Positions 15,818 through 27,000 of a stretch of 64,000 bases of DNA are shown here, piece by piece (the stretch's first letter is position 1; each line of letters starts with the position of its first letter). Origin of the DNA: Escherichia coli (GTDB lineage: Bacteria > Pseudomonadota > Gammaproteobacteria > Enterobacterales > Enterobacteriaceae); assembly GCF_046105845.1 (NCBI RefSeq), contig NZ_CP151004.1. The stretch is one strand, 5' to 3'. A program made the position numbers and the translations under genes. Below the pieces are notes generated by a model, which saw only the letters and a list, made by a program, of their open reading frames with translations, ran no database searches and had not been told where the DNA came from.

Positions 15818-16372
15818 ATGACCCTACGCAAGATTCTGGCACTCACCTGCCTGCTGTTGCCGATGATGGCTTCCGCACATCAGTTCGAAACCGGTCAGCG
15901 AGTGCCGCCGATTGGCATTACCGATCGTGGCGAGTTGGTGCTTGATAAAGATCAGTTTAGCTACAAAACCTGGAACAGCGCGCAGTTAGTGGGAAAAGTG
16001 CGAGTACTGCAACATATTGCTGGTCGCACCTCTGCAAAAGAGAAAAACGCGACGCTGATTGAAGCGATTAAATCAGCAAAGTTACCGCACGATCGTTACC
16101 AGACCACCACCATTGTTAACACCGACGACGCGATTCCGGGTTCCGGCATGTTTGTGCGCAGCAGTCTGGAGAGTAATAAAAAGCTTTATCCCTGGTCGCA
16201 GTTTATTGTCGATAGCAATGGCGTCGCGCGCGGTGCCTGGCAGCTGGATGAAGAAAGTTCCGCTGTAGTGGTGCTGGATAAAGACGGTCGCGTGCAATGG
16301 GCCAAAGACGGGGCGCTCACACCGGAAGAGGTACAGCAAGTGATGGGCCTGCTGCAAAAGTTGCTCAAATAA
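15818..16372 (+). CDS. ytfJ: periplasmic protein YtfJ
   Basis: 184-aa ORF with signal peptide (MTLRKILALTCLLLPMMASA). Confidence 0.85.
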   Translation: MTLRKILALTCLLLPMMASAHQFETGQRVPPIGITDRGELVLDKDQFSYKTWNSAQLVGKVRVLQHIAGRTSAKEKNATLIEAIKSAKLPHDRYQTTTIVNTDDAIPGSGMFVRSSLESNKKLYPWSQFIVDSNGVARGAWQLDEESSAVVVLDKDGRVQWAKDGALTPEEVQQVMGLLQKLLK

Positions 16373-16401
16373 TGGCAATAACATAAATTCTGCAAAAATA
16401 A

Positions 16402-16432
16402 TTTTCCCCTATCGTTATCTATGGGATAGGGG
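16402..16432 (-). terminator. bidirectional-type terminator hairpin between ytfJ and ytfI
   Basis: CCCCTATC…GATAGGGG stem flanked by T/A runs. Confidence 0.55.
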
Positions 16433-16461
16433 AATTAAGCCTCTGAGTTCTTACGCCGAAC

Positions 16462-17373
16462 TCATACTGGTAACGCTAGTTGCTTTTTTTTAAACGCCTC
16501 AATGGTCGATTTATATTTCTCGCAAATCTTTTCTTCGGTAATATCACTATCTGCGGCCAGATTCGCACTTACTATCGCATCCACTTGTTCGGCTAATTCG
16601 ACTTGTTGGCAACCTGCATTAACCAGAAAATTATAAATAAGAGAGTAATCTTCATCCTCCAAAACAACAGAGGAACCATTACGAAAACGTTCATCCCCTC
16701 CATAGATTTTAAGCGCAAAGCCCAAAGATTCTATGACTATGGCAAAATTATCATCAATTATTTTTTCGTAAATATACCATCCATCGCATTCTTTAATTCC
16801 ACCTCCTGGAATTTGGAGGTCAAATTTACCCCGTTTTAATTTACTTACTATATCATCCAATACAGCATAACCTAAAGACACGTCACCAAACGCCTGGCGA
16901 ATATAACCTTTAATCCTTTCCGGTATGTCAGACTGTTTTTTCTGCAAAATATCCCAGGCATACAATCTTCTGTTTTGTTCTAACGGAAACTCGCGGTTTT
17001 TGAAATCCATGAATGAGTTATACTCATTTATTGTTATGGGAATTTCTTCGTATTCAAATCCACTGCCTCGCAATGTCATTATATATTCGGCACCGTTATC
17101 TTTAAGGCTGAAACTGATAAGAAACTTATCCATGGTGTTAACAGTTTCATTTTTTGATGAAAGTACCTGATAACTATTTTTATCAATCTGAGTTGCGCAA
17201 CGAAAGAACTCCCGCAAAGTTAACAGGCTATCATAATTTGAAATCCAATCTTTTTTATTAAATGCATGCTGGATATTGTTAAAAAAATTGTTTGAATGTG
17301 TTTTTGTATGCGATGATTTTATAAATAACTCCACCGCACCAATAAAATTATTGTGTCTGATCCTGGGTAACAT
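16462..17373 (-). CDS. ytfI: uncharacterised protein, low-GC gene
   Basis: 303-aa ORF in markedly AT-rich DNA between cysQ and ytfJ; no recognisable domain. Confidence 0.7.
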   Translation of the reverse strand: MLPRIRHNNFIGAVELFIKSSHTKTHSNNFFNNIQHAFNKKDWISNYDSLLTLREFFRCATQIDKNSYQVLSSKNETVNTMDKFLISFSLKDNGAEYIMTLRGSGFEYEEIPITINEYNSFMDFKNREFPLEQNRRLYAWDILQKKQSDIPERIKGYIRQAFGDVSLGYAVLDDIVSKLKRGKFDLQIPGGGIKECDGWYIYEKIIDDNFAIVIESLGFALKIYGGDERFRNGSSVVLEDEDYSLIYNFLVNAGCQQVELAEQVDAIVSANLAADSDITEEKICEKYKSTIEAFKKKQLALPV

Positions 17374-17584
17374 ATGGCTACCTTATTTTATTTGGTTATT
17401 TTATGTCGCCATTAAATATCTCATTATAGAAGTAAACTATCAAAAAACGCTCATTATTAAAATGTAACTTATTAGCAATTGAATTTTTGCACTTTAAATA
17501 CAATCTCTTTTTATTTATAACTTTTTAGGTTGGGAGAAATCAGGATGGCAGAATCAGGAAATACACTGTTTCTGCCATCTGAAT

Positions 17585-18325
17585 TTAGTAAATAGACACT
17601 CTGAATCCCGGATTCAGGAACGACTCGCGCGGAGTGTAATCCAGCGGTTTACCCTGCCAGTCGTGAACGTGCGCTCCGGCAGCTGCGGCCACAGCATGTC
17701 CAGCGGCGGTGTCCCAAATATTCGTTGGTCCGAAGCGCGGGTACAGCTGCGCCTGTCCTTCCGCCACCAGGCAGAATTTCAGCGAAGAGCCGATGGACGT
17801 GGTCTGATGTTCGCCAAGCTGTTGCAGATACTCTTTCAGCTCCGCATCTGCATGGGAACGGCTGATAACCACCAGCGGCGGGCGCGCATCGCGGACCTGA
17901 ATCTGCTTGCGCACACCGCACTCTTCTTTCCAGGCTTTGCCTTCTGCCGCGCTGTACATTACGTTCATTACCGGCGCATACACCACACCTAAAATCGGTT
18001 TTCCATGGTCAATGAGCGCAATGTTAACGGTGAATTCGCCATTACGTTTAATAAACTCTTTAGTACCATCCAGTGGGTCTACCAGCCAGTAACGCTGCCA
18101 GTGCTGACGGACTTCCCAACCGGGAGGATCTTCTTCAGAAAGGACCGGAATATCCGGTGTCAGCGTACGTAAACCGTCCATAATAACGGTGTGAGCGGCA
18201 ATATCCGCTGCCGTTACCGGAGAATTGTCCGCTTTGCTGACGACGTCCATCGGTTTCGTCCCGTCGTAGACCTGCATAATGGCATCGCCTGCATTCCGTG
18301 CAAGCTGGCATACTTGATCTAACAT
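17585..18325 (-). CDS. cysQ: 3'(2'),5'-bisphosphate nucleotidase
   Basis: 246-aa ORF ([20 protein letters not shown]…) with inositol-monophosphatase-family motifs. Confidence 0.93.
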   Translation of the reverse strand: MLDQVCQLARNAGDAIMQVYDGTKPMDVVSKADNSPVTAADIAAHTVIMDGLRTLTPDIPVLSEEDPPGWEVRQHWQRYWLVDPLDGTKEFIKRNGEFTVNIALIDHGKPILGVVYAPVMNVMYSAAEGKAWKEECGVRKQIQVRDARPPLVVISRSHADAELKEYLQQLGEHQTTSIGSSLKFCLVAEGQAQLYPRFGPTNIWDTAAGHAVAAAAGAHVHDWQGKPLDYTPRESFLNPGFRVSIY

Positions 18326-18514
18326 TTCTCCACCTCGTCTCTGTGAGCGGTGTTAACTTATTGTTTTACTTATACCCTATCGTTAATGAATGCGCCAACT
18401 GTGATAGTGTCATCATTTTCAAAGCGTAAAATTGTGGCATTCTTCACTGTTCTATAAGTAAGACGTTTATTCTCCCTTTTCTTTCGTATTCCCGATGATA
18501 AAAGGATGTCCCTG

Positions 18515-20458
18515 ATGATTAAGTTTAGCGCAACGCTCCTGGCCACGCTGATTGCCGCCAGTGTGAATGCAGCGACGGTCGATCTGCGTATCATGGAAAC
18601 CACTGATCTGCATAGCAACATGATGGATTTCGATTATTACAAAGACACCGCCACGGAAAAATTCGGACTGGTACGTACCGCAAGCCTGATTAACGATGCC
18701 CGCAATGAAGTGAAAAACAGCGTACTGGTCGATAACGGCGATTTGATTCAGGGGAGTCCGCTGGCCGATTACATGTCGGCGAAAGGTTTAAAAGCAGGTG
18801 ATATTCACCCGGTCTATAAGGCATTAAATACGCTGGACTATACCGTCGGCACGCTTGGCAACCACGAGTTTAACTACGGTCTGGATTACCTGAAAAATGC
18901 GCTGGCGGGAGCGAAATTCCCTTATGTAAATGCCAACGTCATTGACGCCAGAACCAAACAGCCAATGTTTACACCGTATTTAATTAAAGACACCGAAGTG
19001 GTCGATAAAGACGGAAAAAAACAGACGCTGAAGATTGGCTATATTGGCGTCGTGCCGCCGCAAATCATGGGCTGGGATAAAGCTAATTTATCCGGGAAAG
19101 TGACGGTGAATGATATTACCGAAACCGTGCGCAAATACGTGCCTGAAATGCGCGAGAAAGGTGCCGATGTTGTTGTCGTTCTGGCGCATTCCGGGCTGTC
19201 TGCCGATCCGTATAAAGTGATGGCGGAAAACTCAGTTTATTACCTCAGTGAAATTCCGGGTGTTAACGCCATTATGTTTGGTCATGCTCACGCCGTTTTC
19301 CCGGGTAAAGATTTTGCTGATATCGAAGGGGCTGATATCGCCAAAGGCACGCTGAATGGTGTTCCGGCGGTAATGCCGGGCATGTGGGGCGATCATCTTG
19401 GTGTGGTCGACTTACAACTCAGTAATGACAGCGGTAAATGGCAGGTGACGCAGGCGAAAGCGGAAGCAAGACCGATTTACGACATCGCTAATAAAAAATC
19501 CCTCGCGGCGGAAGACAGCAAGCTGGTAGAAACACTCAAAGCCGATCACGATGCCACACGCCAGTTCGTCAGCAAGCCAATCGGTAAATCCGCCGACAAT
19601 ATGTATAGCTATCTGGCGCTAGTGCAAGACGATCCGACCGTGCAGGTGGTGAACAACGCGCAAAAAGCGTATGTCGAGCATTACATTCAGGGCGATCCGG
19701 ATCTGGCAAAACTGCCGGTGCTTTCAGCTGCCGCACCGTTTAAAGTTGGTGGTCGCAAAAATGACCCGGCAAGCTATGTGGAGGTGGAAAAAGGCCAGTT
19801 GACCTTCCGTAATGCCGCCGATCTTTATCTCTACCCCAATACGCTGATTGTGGTGAAAGCCAGCGGTAAAGAGGTGAAAGAGTGGCTGGAGTGCTCTGCC
19901 GGACAGTTTAACCAGATTGATCCTAACAGCACGAAACCACAGTCACTCATTAACTGGGATGGTTTCCGCACTTATAACTTTGATGTGATTGATGGTGTGA
20001 ATTATCAGATTGATGTTACCCAGCCCGCCCGTTATGACGGCGAGTGCCAGATGATTAATGCCAATGCGGAAAGGATTAAGAACCTGACCTTTAACGGCAA
20101 GCCGATTGATCCGAACGCCATGTTCCTCGTTGCCACCAATAACTATCGCGCTTACGGCGGCAAATTTGCCGGTACGGGCGACAGCCATATCGCTTTTGCT
20201 TCACCGGATGAGAACCGCTCGGTGCTGGCAGCGTGGATTGCTGATGAGTCGAAACGTGCGGGGGAAATTCACCCGGCGGCAGATAACAACTGGCGTTTAG
20301 CACCGATTGCTGGCGATAAGAAACTGGATATCCGTTTCGAAACCTCTCCGTCAGATAAAGCCGCAGCGTTTATTAAAGAGAAAGGGCAATACCCGATGAA
20401 TAAAGTCGCGACCGATGATATCGGGTTTGCGATTTATCAGGTGGATTTGAGTAAGTAA
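18515..20458 (+). CDS. cpdB: 2',3'-cyclic-nucleotide 2'-phosphodiesterase / 3'-nucleotidase (periplasmic)
   Basis: Start trimmed to [19 protein letters not shown] (signal peptide); metallophosphatase motifs GNHEF. Confidence 0.92.
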
Positions 20459-20471
20459 TACACTTCTTTTT

Positions 20472-20586
20472 CGGCCTATAAATCATCAACCGCATCCGGC
20501 ACTTTTGTCGGATGCGATGCTGGCGCATCTTATCCGTTCTACAAGCCATGCACCGTTGGCCGGATAAGCGCAGCGCATCCGGCAGT
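20472..20586. repeat. REP/BIME-like palindromic units between cpdB and ytfH
   Basis: Repeated GCATCCGGCA / CCGGATAAGCGCAGCGCATCCGGC units. Confidence 0.75.
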
Positions 20587-20966
20587 TATGCCGCACGTTC
20601 ATCCCGCACCGCTAACACCTCGGGCAAATTCAGCTCAATCCAGTCCGCCAGTGCAGCAACCTTTTCGCTCACCTGCTCGCCCAGCGGCGTGAGGCTATAT
20701 TCCACATGCGGCGGCACCACCGGATACGCGATACGGTTAAGAAAACCATCCTGCTCTAGCGCCTGTAACGACTGCGCAAGCATCTTTTCACTTACCCCGC
20801 CGATTTTGCGCCGCAGGTCGCTAAAGCGATGAGTACCTTCGCGTAGCGCCACCAGAATCAACACCCCCCAACGGCTGGTGACGTGTTTCAAAACCTCGCG
20901 CGACGGACACTGTTCAGCGAAGAGATTTCCCTCTTTCAGTTGTTGCGACAGGCTAACCTGACTCAT
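20586..20966 (-). CDS. ytfH: HxlR-family transcriptional regulator
   Basis: Start trimmed to MSQVSLSQQLKEGNLFAEQCPSREVLKHVTSRWGVLILVAL… (126 aa); winged-helix HxlR signature. Confidence 0.85.
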   Translation of the reverse strand: MSQVSLSQQLKEGNLFAEQCPSREVLKHVTSRWGVLILVALREGTHRFSDLRRKIGGVSEKMLAQSLQALEQDGFLNRIAYPVVPPHVEYSLTPLGEQVSEKVAALADWIELNLPEVLAVRDERAA

Positions 20967-20989
20967 CTCATACTTACCTTTTTGTACGT

Positions 20990-21006
20990 ACTTACTAAAA
21001 GTAAGT
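20990..21006. promoter_or_regulatory. inverted repeat ACTTACTaaaAGTAAGT in ytfH-qorB divergent promoter region
   Basis: Perfect 7-3-7 palindrome between divergent start codons; candidate HxlR-type operator. Confidence 0.45.
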
Positions 21007-21054
21007 TTAGGTGTTAGCGTATTTAAACACAAGACAAAACGATGGAGACTTCCT

Positions 21055-21915
21055 ATGATCGCAATTACTGGTGCCACTGGCCAACTTGGTCACTATGTTA
21101 TTGAATCCTTGATGAAAACGGTTCCTGCCAGCCAAATAGTGGCTATCGTTCGTAATCCGGCAAAAGCCCAGGCCCTGGCAGCACAAGGCATTACCGTGCG
21201 TCAGGCTGACTACGGCGATGAAGCCGCACTGACATCTGCACTACAGGGAGTGGAAAAACTACTGCTGATCTCTTCCAGCGAAGTGGGTCAACGTGCCCCG
21301 CAGCATCGTAATGTTATTAATGCCGCAAAGGCGGCTGGCGTGAAATTTATCGCTTATACCAGCCTGCTACATGCAGATACCTCCCCGCTCGGCCTCGCCG
21401 ATGAGCACATCGAGACGGAGAAAATGCTGGCTGATTCTGGCATCGTTTACACCCTGCTGCGCAACGGCTGGTACAGCGAAAACTACCTCGCCAGCGCCCC
21501 GGCAGCACTGGAACACGGCGTATTTATCGGTGCCGCGGGCGATGGCAAAATTGCCTCGGCAACGCGGGCAGATTATGCGGCAGCTGCGGCGCTCGTGATT
21601 AGCGAAGCCGGTCACGAAGGCAAGGTTTACGAGCTGGCGGGCGATAGTGCCTGGACGCTGACACAGTTAGTGGCAGAGCTGACCAAACAGAGCGGAAAAT
21701 CGGTTACCTATCAAAATCTGAGCGAAACCGATTTCGCTGCGGCGCTGAAAAGCGTTGGCCTGCCTGACGGACTGGCGGATATGCTGGCGGATTCTGACGT
21801 TGGCGCATCGAAAGGCGGTCTGTTTGATGACAGCAAAACGCTGAGCAAATTGATTGGCCGCCCAACGACAACGTTAGCCGAAAGCGTAAGCCATCTTTTT
21901 AATGTTAATAACTAG
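21055..21915 (+). CDS. qorB: NAD(P)H:quinone oxidoreductase (NmrA-like)
   Basis: 286-aa ORF with N-terminal Rossmann motif ITGATGQLG. Confidence 0.9.
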   Translation: MIAITGATGQLGHYVIESLMKTVPASQIVAIVRNPAKAQALAAQGITVRQADYGDEAALTSALQGVEKLLLISSSEVGQRAPQHRNVINAAKAAGVKFIAYTSLLHADTSPLGLADEHIETEKMLADSGIVYTLLRNGWYSENYLASAPAALEHGVFIGAAGDGKIASATRADYAAAAALVISEAGHEGKVYELAGDSAWTLTQLVAELTKQSGKSVTYQNLSETDFAAALKSVGLPDGLADMLADSDVGASKGGLFDDSKTLSKLIGRPTTTLAESVSHLFNVNN

Positions 21916-22013
21916 TTAATTAAAGTGGCATCCTCCCGTATCCTCTCTGATAATGACGGGATGCGGGGAGCAATCATGTCTGCTTCCTGAACTTTCTTCT
22001 GACAGACCAATGG

Positions 22014-22988
22014 ATGCCAGTAATGATTAGCGGCGTGCTGTACGCCCTGTTAGCAGGGTTGATGTGGGGGCTTATTTTTGTCGGGCCGTTGATCGTGCCG
22101 GAATACCCGGCGATGTTGCAGTCGATGGGGCGTTATCTGGCGTTAGGGTTAATTGCGCTGCCCATTGCCTGGCTGGGACGCGTGCGTCTGCGTCAGTTGG
22201 CGCGTCGCGACTGGCTTACCGCCTTGATGCTCACCATGATGGGCAACCTCATCTATTACTTCTGCCTTGCCAGTGCCATTCAACGTACTGGCGCGCCTGT
22301 TTCCACGATGATTATTGGCACCCTGCCGGTGGTGATTCCCGTTTTTGCCAATCTGCTTTATAGCCAGCGCGACGGCAAACTCGCGTGGGGAAAACTCGCC
22401 CCGGCACTGATTTGTATTGGCATCGGCCTGGCGAGTGTGAATATTGCTGAGTTAAACCACGGACTCCCCGATTTTGACTGGGCACGTTATACCTCTGGCA
22501 TCGTGCTGGCGTTAGTTTCCGTGGTCTGCTGGGCATGGTATGCCCTGCGCAACGCCCGCTGGCTGCGGGAAAATCCCGACAAACATCCGATGATGTGGGC
22601 GACGGCGCAGGCGCTGGTCACGCTGCCGGTTTCGCTTATCGGCTATCTCGTCGCTTGTTACTGGCTGAATACGCAAACGCCGGACTTCTCCCTACCTTTT
22701 GGCCCCCGTCCGCTTGTATTTGTTAGCCTGATGATTGCGATAGCTGTGCTTTGCTCATGGGTCGGCGCACTTTGCTGGAACGTCGCCAGCCAGCGATTAC
22801 CAACGGTGATTCTCGGGCCACTGATTGTCTTCGAAACGCTGGCAGGTTTGCTGTACACCTTTTTGTTACGCCAGCAAATGCCGCCACTAATGACGCTGAG
22901 CGGTATCGCACTGTTAGTGGTTGGCGTGGTCATTGCGGTCAGAGCAAAACCAGAAAAACCTTTAACTGAATCTGTTTCAGAAAGTTGA
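22014..22988 (+). CDS. ytfF: DMT-superfamily (EamA-like) inner membrane transporter
   Basis: 324-aa polytopic membrane ORF; true start may be the internal Met at 22023. Confidence 0.82.
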   Translation: MPVMISGVLYALLAGLMWGLIFVGPLIVPEYPAMLQSMGRYLALGLIALPIAWLGRVRLRQLARRDWLTALMLTMMGNLIYYFCLASAIQRTGAPVSTMIIGTLPVVIPVFANLLYSQRDGKLAWGKLAPALICIGIGLASVNIAELNHGLPDFDWARYTSGIVLALVSVVCWAWYALRNARWLRENPDKHPMMWATAQALVTLPVSLIGYLVACYWLNTQTPDFSLPFGPRPLVFVSLMIAIAVLCSWVGALCWNVASQRLPTVILGPLIVFETLAGLLYTFLLRQQMPPLMTLSGIALLVVGVVIAVRAKPEKPLTESVSES

Positions 22989-23046
22989 CACGCTGGCAGT
23001 GAGTTAAATAAGCCTCTGCTACGTAAGGGTTATAGCTTTTGCCTTA

Positions 23047-23069
23047 AAGGTGCATTTAAAATGAATCTT
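23047..23069. promoter_or_regulatory. NsrR-type operator (11-1-11 inverted repeat) upstream of ytfE
   Basis: AAGGTGCATTTaAAATGAATCTT about 27 bp upstream of the ytfE ATG, matching the NsrR AAGATGCATTT-n-AAATGCATCTT pattern. Confidence 0.7.
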
Positions 23070-23095
23070 ATCTTATTAAGAATGAGGTATCAGCT

Positions 23096-23758
23096 ATGGC
23101 TTATCGCGACCAACCTTTAGGTGAACTGGCGCTCTCTATTCCTCGCGCTTCGGCTCTGTTTCGTAAATATGATATGGATTACTGCTGCGGCGGTAAGCAA
23201 ACGCTGGCGCGTGCGGCGGCACGTAAAGAACTGGATGTTGAGGTCATTGAAGCTGAGCTGGCAAAGCTTGCTGAACAACCGATTGAGAAAGACTGGCGTA
23301 GCGCCCCGCTGGCAGAAATCATCGACCATATCATCGTGCGCTACCACGATCGTCACCGCGAGCAACTGCCGGAGCTGATCCTGCAAGCGACTAAAGTCGA
23401 ACGCGTTCACGCCGACAAACCGAGCGTTCCAAAAGGGCTGACAAAATACCTGACTATGCTGCATGAAGAGCTTTCCAGCCACATGATGAAAGAAGAGCAG
23501 ATCCTCTTCCCGATGATCAAACAAGGCATGGGCAGCCAGGCAATGGGGCCAATCAGCGTAATGGAAAGCGAGCACGATGAAGCGGGTGAACTGCTGGAAG
23601 TAATCAAACACACTACCAATAACGTCACACCGCCGCCGGAAGCCTGCACCACCTGGAAAGCGATGTATAACGGCATTAATGAACTGATTGATGACCTGAT
23701 GGAGCACATCAGTCTGGAAAACAATGTGCTGTTTCCGCGCGCACTGGCGGGTGAGTGA
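23096..23758 (+). CDS. ytfE: iron-sulfur cluster repair di-iron protein (RIC)
   Basis: 220-aa ORF ([35 protein letters not shown]…) with hemerythrin-like repeats. Confidence 0.93.
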   Translation: MAYRDQPLGELALSIPRASALFRKYDMDYCCGGKQTLARAAARKELDVEVIEAELAKLAEQPIEKDWRSAPLAEIIDHIIVRYHDRHREQLPELILQATKVERVHADKPSVPKGLTKYLTMLHEELSSHMMKEEQILFPMIKQGMGSQAMGPISVMESEHDEAGELLEVIKHTTNNVTPPPEACTTWKAMYNGINELIDDLMEHISLENNVLFPRALAGE

Positions 23759-23760
23759 TC

Positions 23761-23790
23761 TAAAAGCTGGATGGCATTGCGCCATCCAGC
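23761..23790 (-). terminator. terminator hairpin between convergent ytfE and cycA
   Basis: GCTGGATGGCattgcGCCATCCAGC 10-bp stem; T-run on the cycA side. Confidence 0.65.
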
Positions 23791-23802
23791 ATGATAATGC
23801 GG

Positions 23803-25215
23803 TTATTTCCGCAGTTCAGCAGCCCGCTTCTTACCAATAAACAACCAGCCCAGCCCCAGAGCGATAAACCACAGCGGGGTAACCAGCAGCGCCTGGCGGG
23901 TATCATCTTCCAGTGTCAGCAGCACGACCACGAACACAAAGAATGCCATACATACCCAGCACATCAGCTTGCCGAGCGGCATCTTGTAGATTGATTTCTC
24001 ATGCAGGTGCGGACGCTGTTTGCGATACACCAGGTACGAGCAAAGGATAATCGTCCAGACGAACATAAACAGAATCGCGGAAACGGTTGTAATCATCGTG
24101 AACGCGCCAATCACGCTGGGATTCACATACAACATCACCACGCCGCCGAGCAGGCAGATGCAGGAGAAGGTCAGCCCTTTCGCGGGTACTGCGCGCTTAG
24201 AGAGTTTAGCGAACGCTTTCGGTGCCACACCTTCCTGCGCCAGACCAAACAGCATACGACTGGTAGAGAAGACGCCGCTGTTAGCGGAAGACGCCGCAGA
24301 GGTCAGCACCACAAAGTTGATCACGCTGGCAGCCGCAGGCAAACCTACCAACACAAACAGCTCAACGAACGGGCTTTTCTCCGGGACTACCGAACTCCAC
24401 GGCGTCACGGACATAATCACAATCAGCGCGAAGACGTAGAACATAATGATACGGATCGGAATGGAGTTAATCGCGCGTGGCAGTGATTTCTCTGGATCTT
24501 TGGTTTCCGCAGCTGTTGTACCTACCAGCTCAATCCCTACGAAAGCGAAAACCGCTATCTGGAATCCGGCAAAGAAGCCACTTAAACCTTTCGGGAACCA
24601 GCCGCCATCATTCCACAAATGCGCGAATGACGCTTCCACACCGGTCGGTGACTGAAAGTGCATCGCCACCATGACCAGGCCGACGACAATCAGCGACACA
24701 ATGGCGACGATTTTGATCATCGCAAACCAGAACTCCATCTCACCGAACATTTTCACGGTGGCGAGGTTGAGCGTCAGCAGCAGCACTATCACCGCCAGCG
24801 AGGCGACCCAGTCGGAGAGCTCGGGGAACCAGAACTGAGCATAAGCCGTGATCGCCACCACGTCTGCCATACCGGTTACAACCCAGCAGAACCAGTAAGT
24901 CCAGCCGGTGAAATATCCTGCCCACGGCCCGAGTAAATCGGAAGCGAAGTCACTAAAAGATTTGTATTCCAGATTCGAAAGCAGCAATTCCCCCATTGCC
25001 CGCATCACGAAAAAGAGCATAAAACCGATGATCATATAAACGAAAATGATCGACGGCCCGGCAAGGCTAATCGTTTTGCCGGACCCCATAAACAACCCCG
25101 TACCAATGGCACCGCCAATGGCAATAAGCTGAATATGTCGGTTTGTGAGATTGCGCCGTAGCGACTGTTCAGCCGGAGCCTGATCATCGGCAACGACTTT
25201 TACCTGATCTACCAT
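23803..25215 (-). CDS. cycA: D-serine/D-alanine/glycine APC-family transporter
   Basis: 470-aa 12-TM ORF (MVDQVKVVADDQAPAEQSLRRNLTNRHIQLIAIGG…). Confidence 0.93.
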   Translation of the reverse strand: MVDQVKVVADDQAPAEQSLRRNLTNRHIQLIAIGGAIGTGLFMGSGKTISLAGPSIIFVYMIIGFMLFFVMRAMGELLLSNLEYKSFSDFASDLLGPWAGYFTGWTYWFCWVVTGMADVVAITAYAQFWFPELSDWVASLAVIVLLLTLNLATVKMFGEMEFWFAMIKIVAIVSLIVVGLVMVAMHFQSPTGVEASFAHLWNDGGWFPKGLSGFFAGFQIAVFAFVGIELVGTTAAETKDPEKSLPRAINSIPIRIIMFYVFALIVIMSVTPWSSVVPEKSPFVELFVLVGLPAAASVINFVVLTSAASSANSGVFSTSRMLFGLAQEGVAPKAFAKLSKRAVPAKGLTFSCICLLGGVVMLYVNPSVIGAFTMITTVSAILFMFVWTIILCSYLVYRKQRPHLHEKSIYKMPLGKLMCWVCMAFFVFVVVLLTLEDDTRQALLVTPLWFIALGLGWLFIGKKRAAELRK

Positions 25216-25523
25216 GTTTTTTTCTTCCTGTACCTGTCTGTGTTGTTCAGGCTCTACGGCCTTTAGTCAGTCTATGATACGACGAATCTGTATCGGGACT
25301 CATCGATATTAGGTAACAATACGCGGGATGAATACTAAGATTTAGATCTAATGTTAATTTTATGTTTAAAGTGAGTGTCATATCACGGTGATAACGCGAA
25401 ACAGCTCACAAAAATACACGCTTACGCGGTCTTTGCAACACAAAATAGCGCCGTTTGGCAAACTGAAGGGGTTATTGCTGAATGCCTGCTCCCCTCTGGC
25501 TCGAGGGGAACAGAATGCGCTGC

Positions 25524-26144
25524 TTAGAGGATTTCCAGCAGTTCGACTTCAAACACCAGGGTGCTGAACGGAGGGATGGACGCGCCTGCGCCACGCTCGC
25601 CATATGCCAGTTCCTGCGGGATAGTCAGTTCCCATTTAGAACCTACCGGCATCAGAGTCAGTGCTTCAATCCAGCCAGGGATCACGCCGTTAACCGGGAA
25701 TTCAGCTGGCTCGCCGCGAGCAACGGAGCTGTCAAACACGGTGCCGTCGATCAGTTTTCCGGTGTAATGAACACGAACGCGGTCGGTACGTGCCGGAATT
25801 GCGCCTTCGCCCTGGTTGATCACGCGGAATTGCAGGCCAGATTCGGTGCTATTTACACCTTCTTTTTTGGCGTTTTCTTCCAGGTATTTCACACCTTCAG
25901 CAGCCATCGCCTGGAAACGCTGACGACGAACGGCATCGGCGCGTTCGTGGATTTCACGCAGCGCGCGGTGCACCACATCAACCGGAACAGCCGGATGTTT
26001 GCCTTCCAGCGCATCAGCAATGCCTGCAACCAGTGCTTCTGGCAGCAGCCCTTCCAGGCCAGATTCACTTAGTTGTTGCCCTACCTGCAAACCAATGCCG
26101 TAGCTTGCTTGCGCTTCGATGGTGTCAAAAGTTGGGGTGGTCAT
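25524..26144 (-). CDS. fklB: FKBP-type peptidyl-prolyl cis-trans isomerase (FKBP22)
   Basis: Start trimmed to [20 protein letters not shown]… (206 aa); FKBP domain at C-terminus. Confidence 0.9.
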
Positions 26145-26361
26145 CGTATTTCCTTTCTTAGGGTATAAAGTAGCGGGCAGCATATCAGCCACACTTCTTT
26201 GGGTAAAACTTTGTCGCGGGAATGATGACAAATCCCGGGGAAAAAGAAACAATAGCAATATCCCGTATGAATATAATAAAGGCGGGTTTACCACGGACAT
26301 CATAGCGTTAGCTTATTCATAGGCTATGATTGAGGAACAAGACGCGGAGCAGGAGGAAACC

Positions 26362-27000
26362 ATGCCCGGGCGCTTTGAACTAAAACCAACCCTGGAGAAA
26401 GTCTGGCACGCGCCGGACAATTTTCTCTTCATGGACCCGCTGCCGCCGATGCATCGTCGGGGGATCATTATTGCCGCCATTGTATTGGTGGTCGGATTTC
26501 TGCTTCCATCTGATGATACGCCCAACGCGCCGGTGGTGACGCGTGAAGCGCAGTTAGATATTCAGTCGCAATCACAACCACCGACAGAAGAACAGCTGCG
26601 GGCGCAATTAGTCACGCCACAAAATGATCCTGATCAGGTGGCTCCGGTCGCTCCAGAACCAATACAGGAAGGCCAGCCAGAAGAGCAGCCGCACCCCCCC
26701 CAAACGCAACCATTCCAGCCAGATAGCGGAATTGATAATCAATGGCGCTCTTACCGTGTCGAACCCGGTAAAACGATGGCACAGCTGTTCCGCGACCACG
26801 GGCTGCCCGCTACCGATGTCTATGCAATGGCGCAGGTAGAAGGCGCGGGTAAGCCGCTGAGTAATTTGCAAAACGGGCAGATGGTGAAAATCCGCCAGAA
26901 CGCCAGCGGCGTGGTGACGGGCTTAACCATTGATACGGGGAATAATCAACAGGTCCTGTTTACCCGTCAGCCGGATGGCAGTTTTATTCGCGCGCGGTAG
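26362..27000 (+). CDS. ytfB: OapA/LysM-like cell-division-associated protein
   Basis: Start trimmed to [21 protein letters not shown]… (212 aa); single TM then periplasmic domain. Confidence 0.85.
   Translation: MPGRFELKPTLEKVWHAPDNFLFMDPLPPMHRRGIIIAAIVLVVGFLLPSDDTPNAPVVTREAQLDIQSQSQPPTEEQLRAQLVTPQNDPDQVAPVAPEPIQEGQPEEQPHPPQTQPFQPDSGIDNQWRSYRVEPGKTMAQLFRDHGLPATDVYAMAQVEGAGKPLSNLQNGQMVKIRQNASGVVTGLTIDTGNNQQVLFTRQPDGSFIRAR

Noticed and set aside
17544-17579. Hairpin GATGGCAGAA…TTCTGCCATC just downstream of cysQ
   Set aside because: A good stem but no adjacent T-run on either strand; it could be a weak terminator or a processing site, which cannot be decided from sequence alone.
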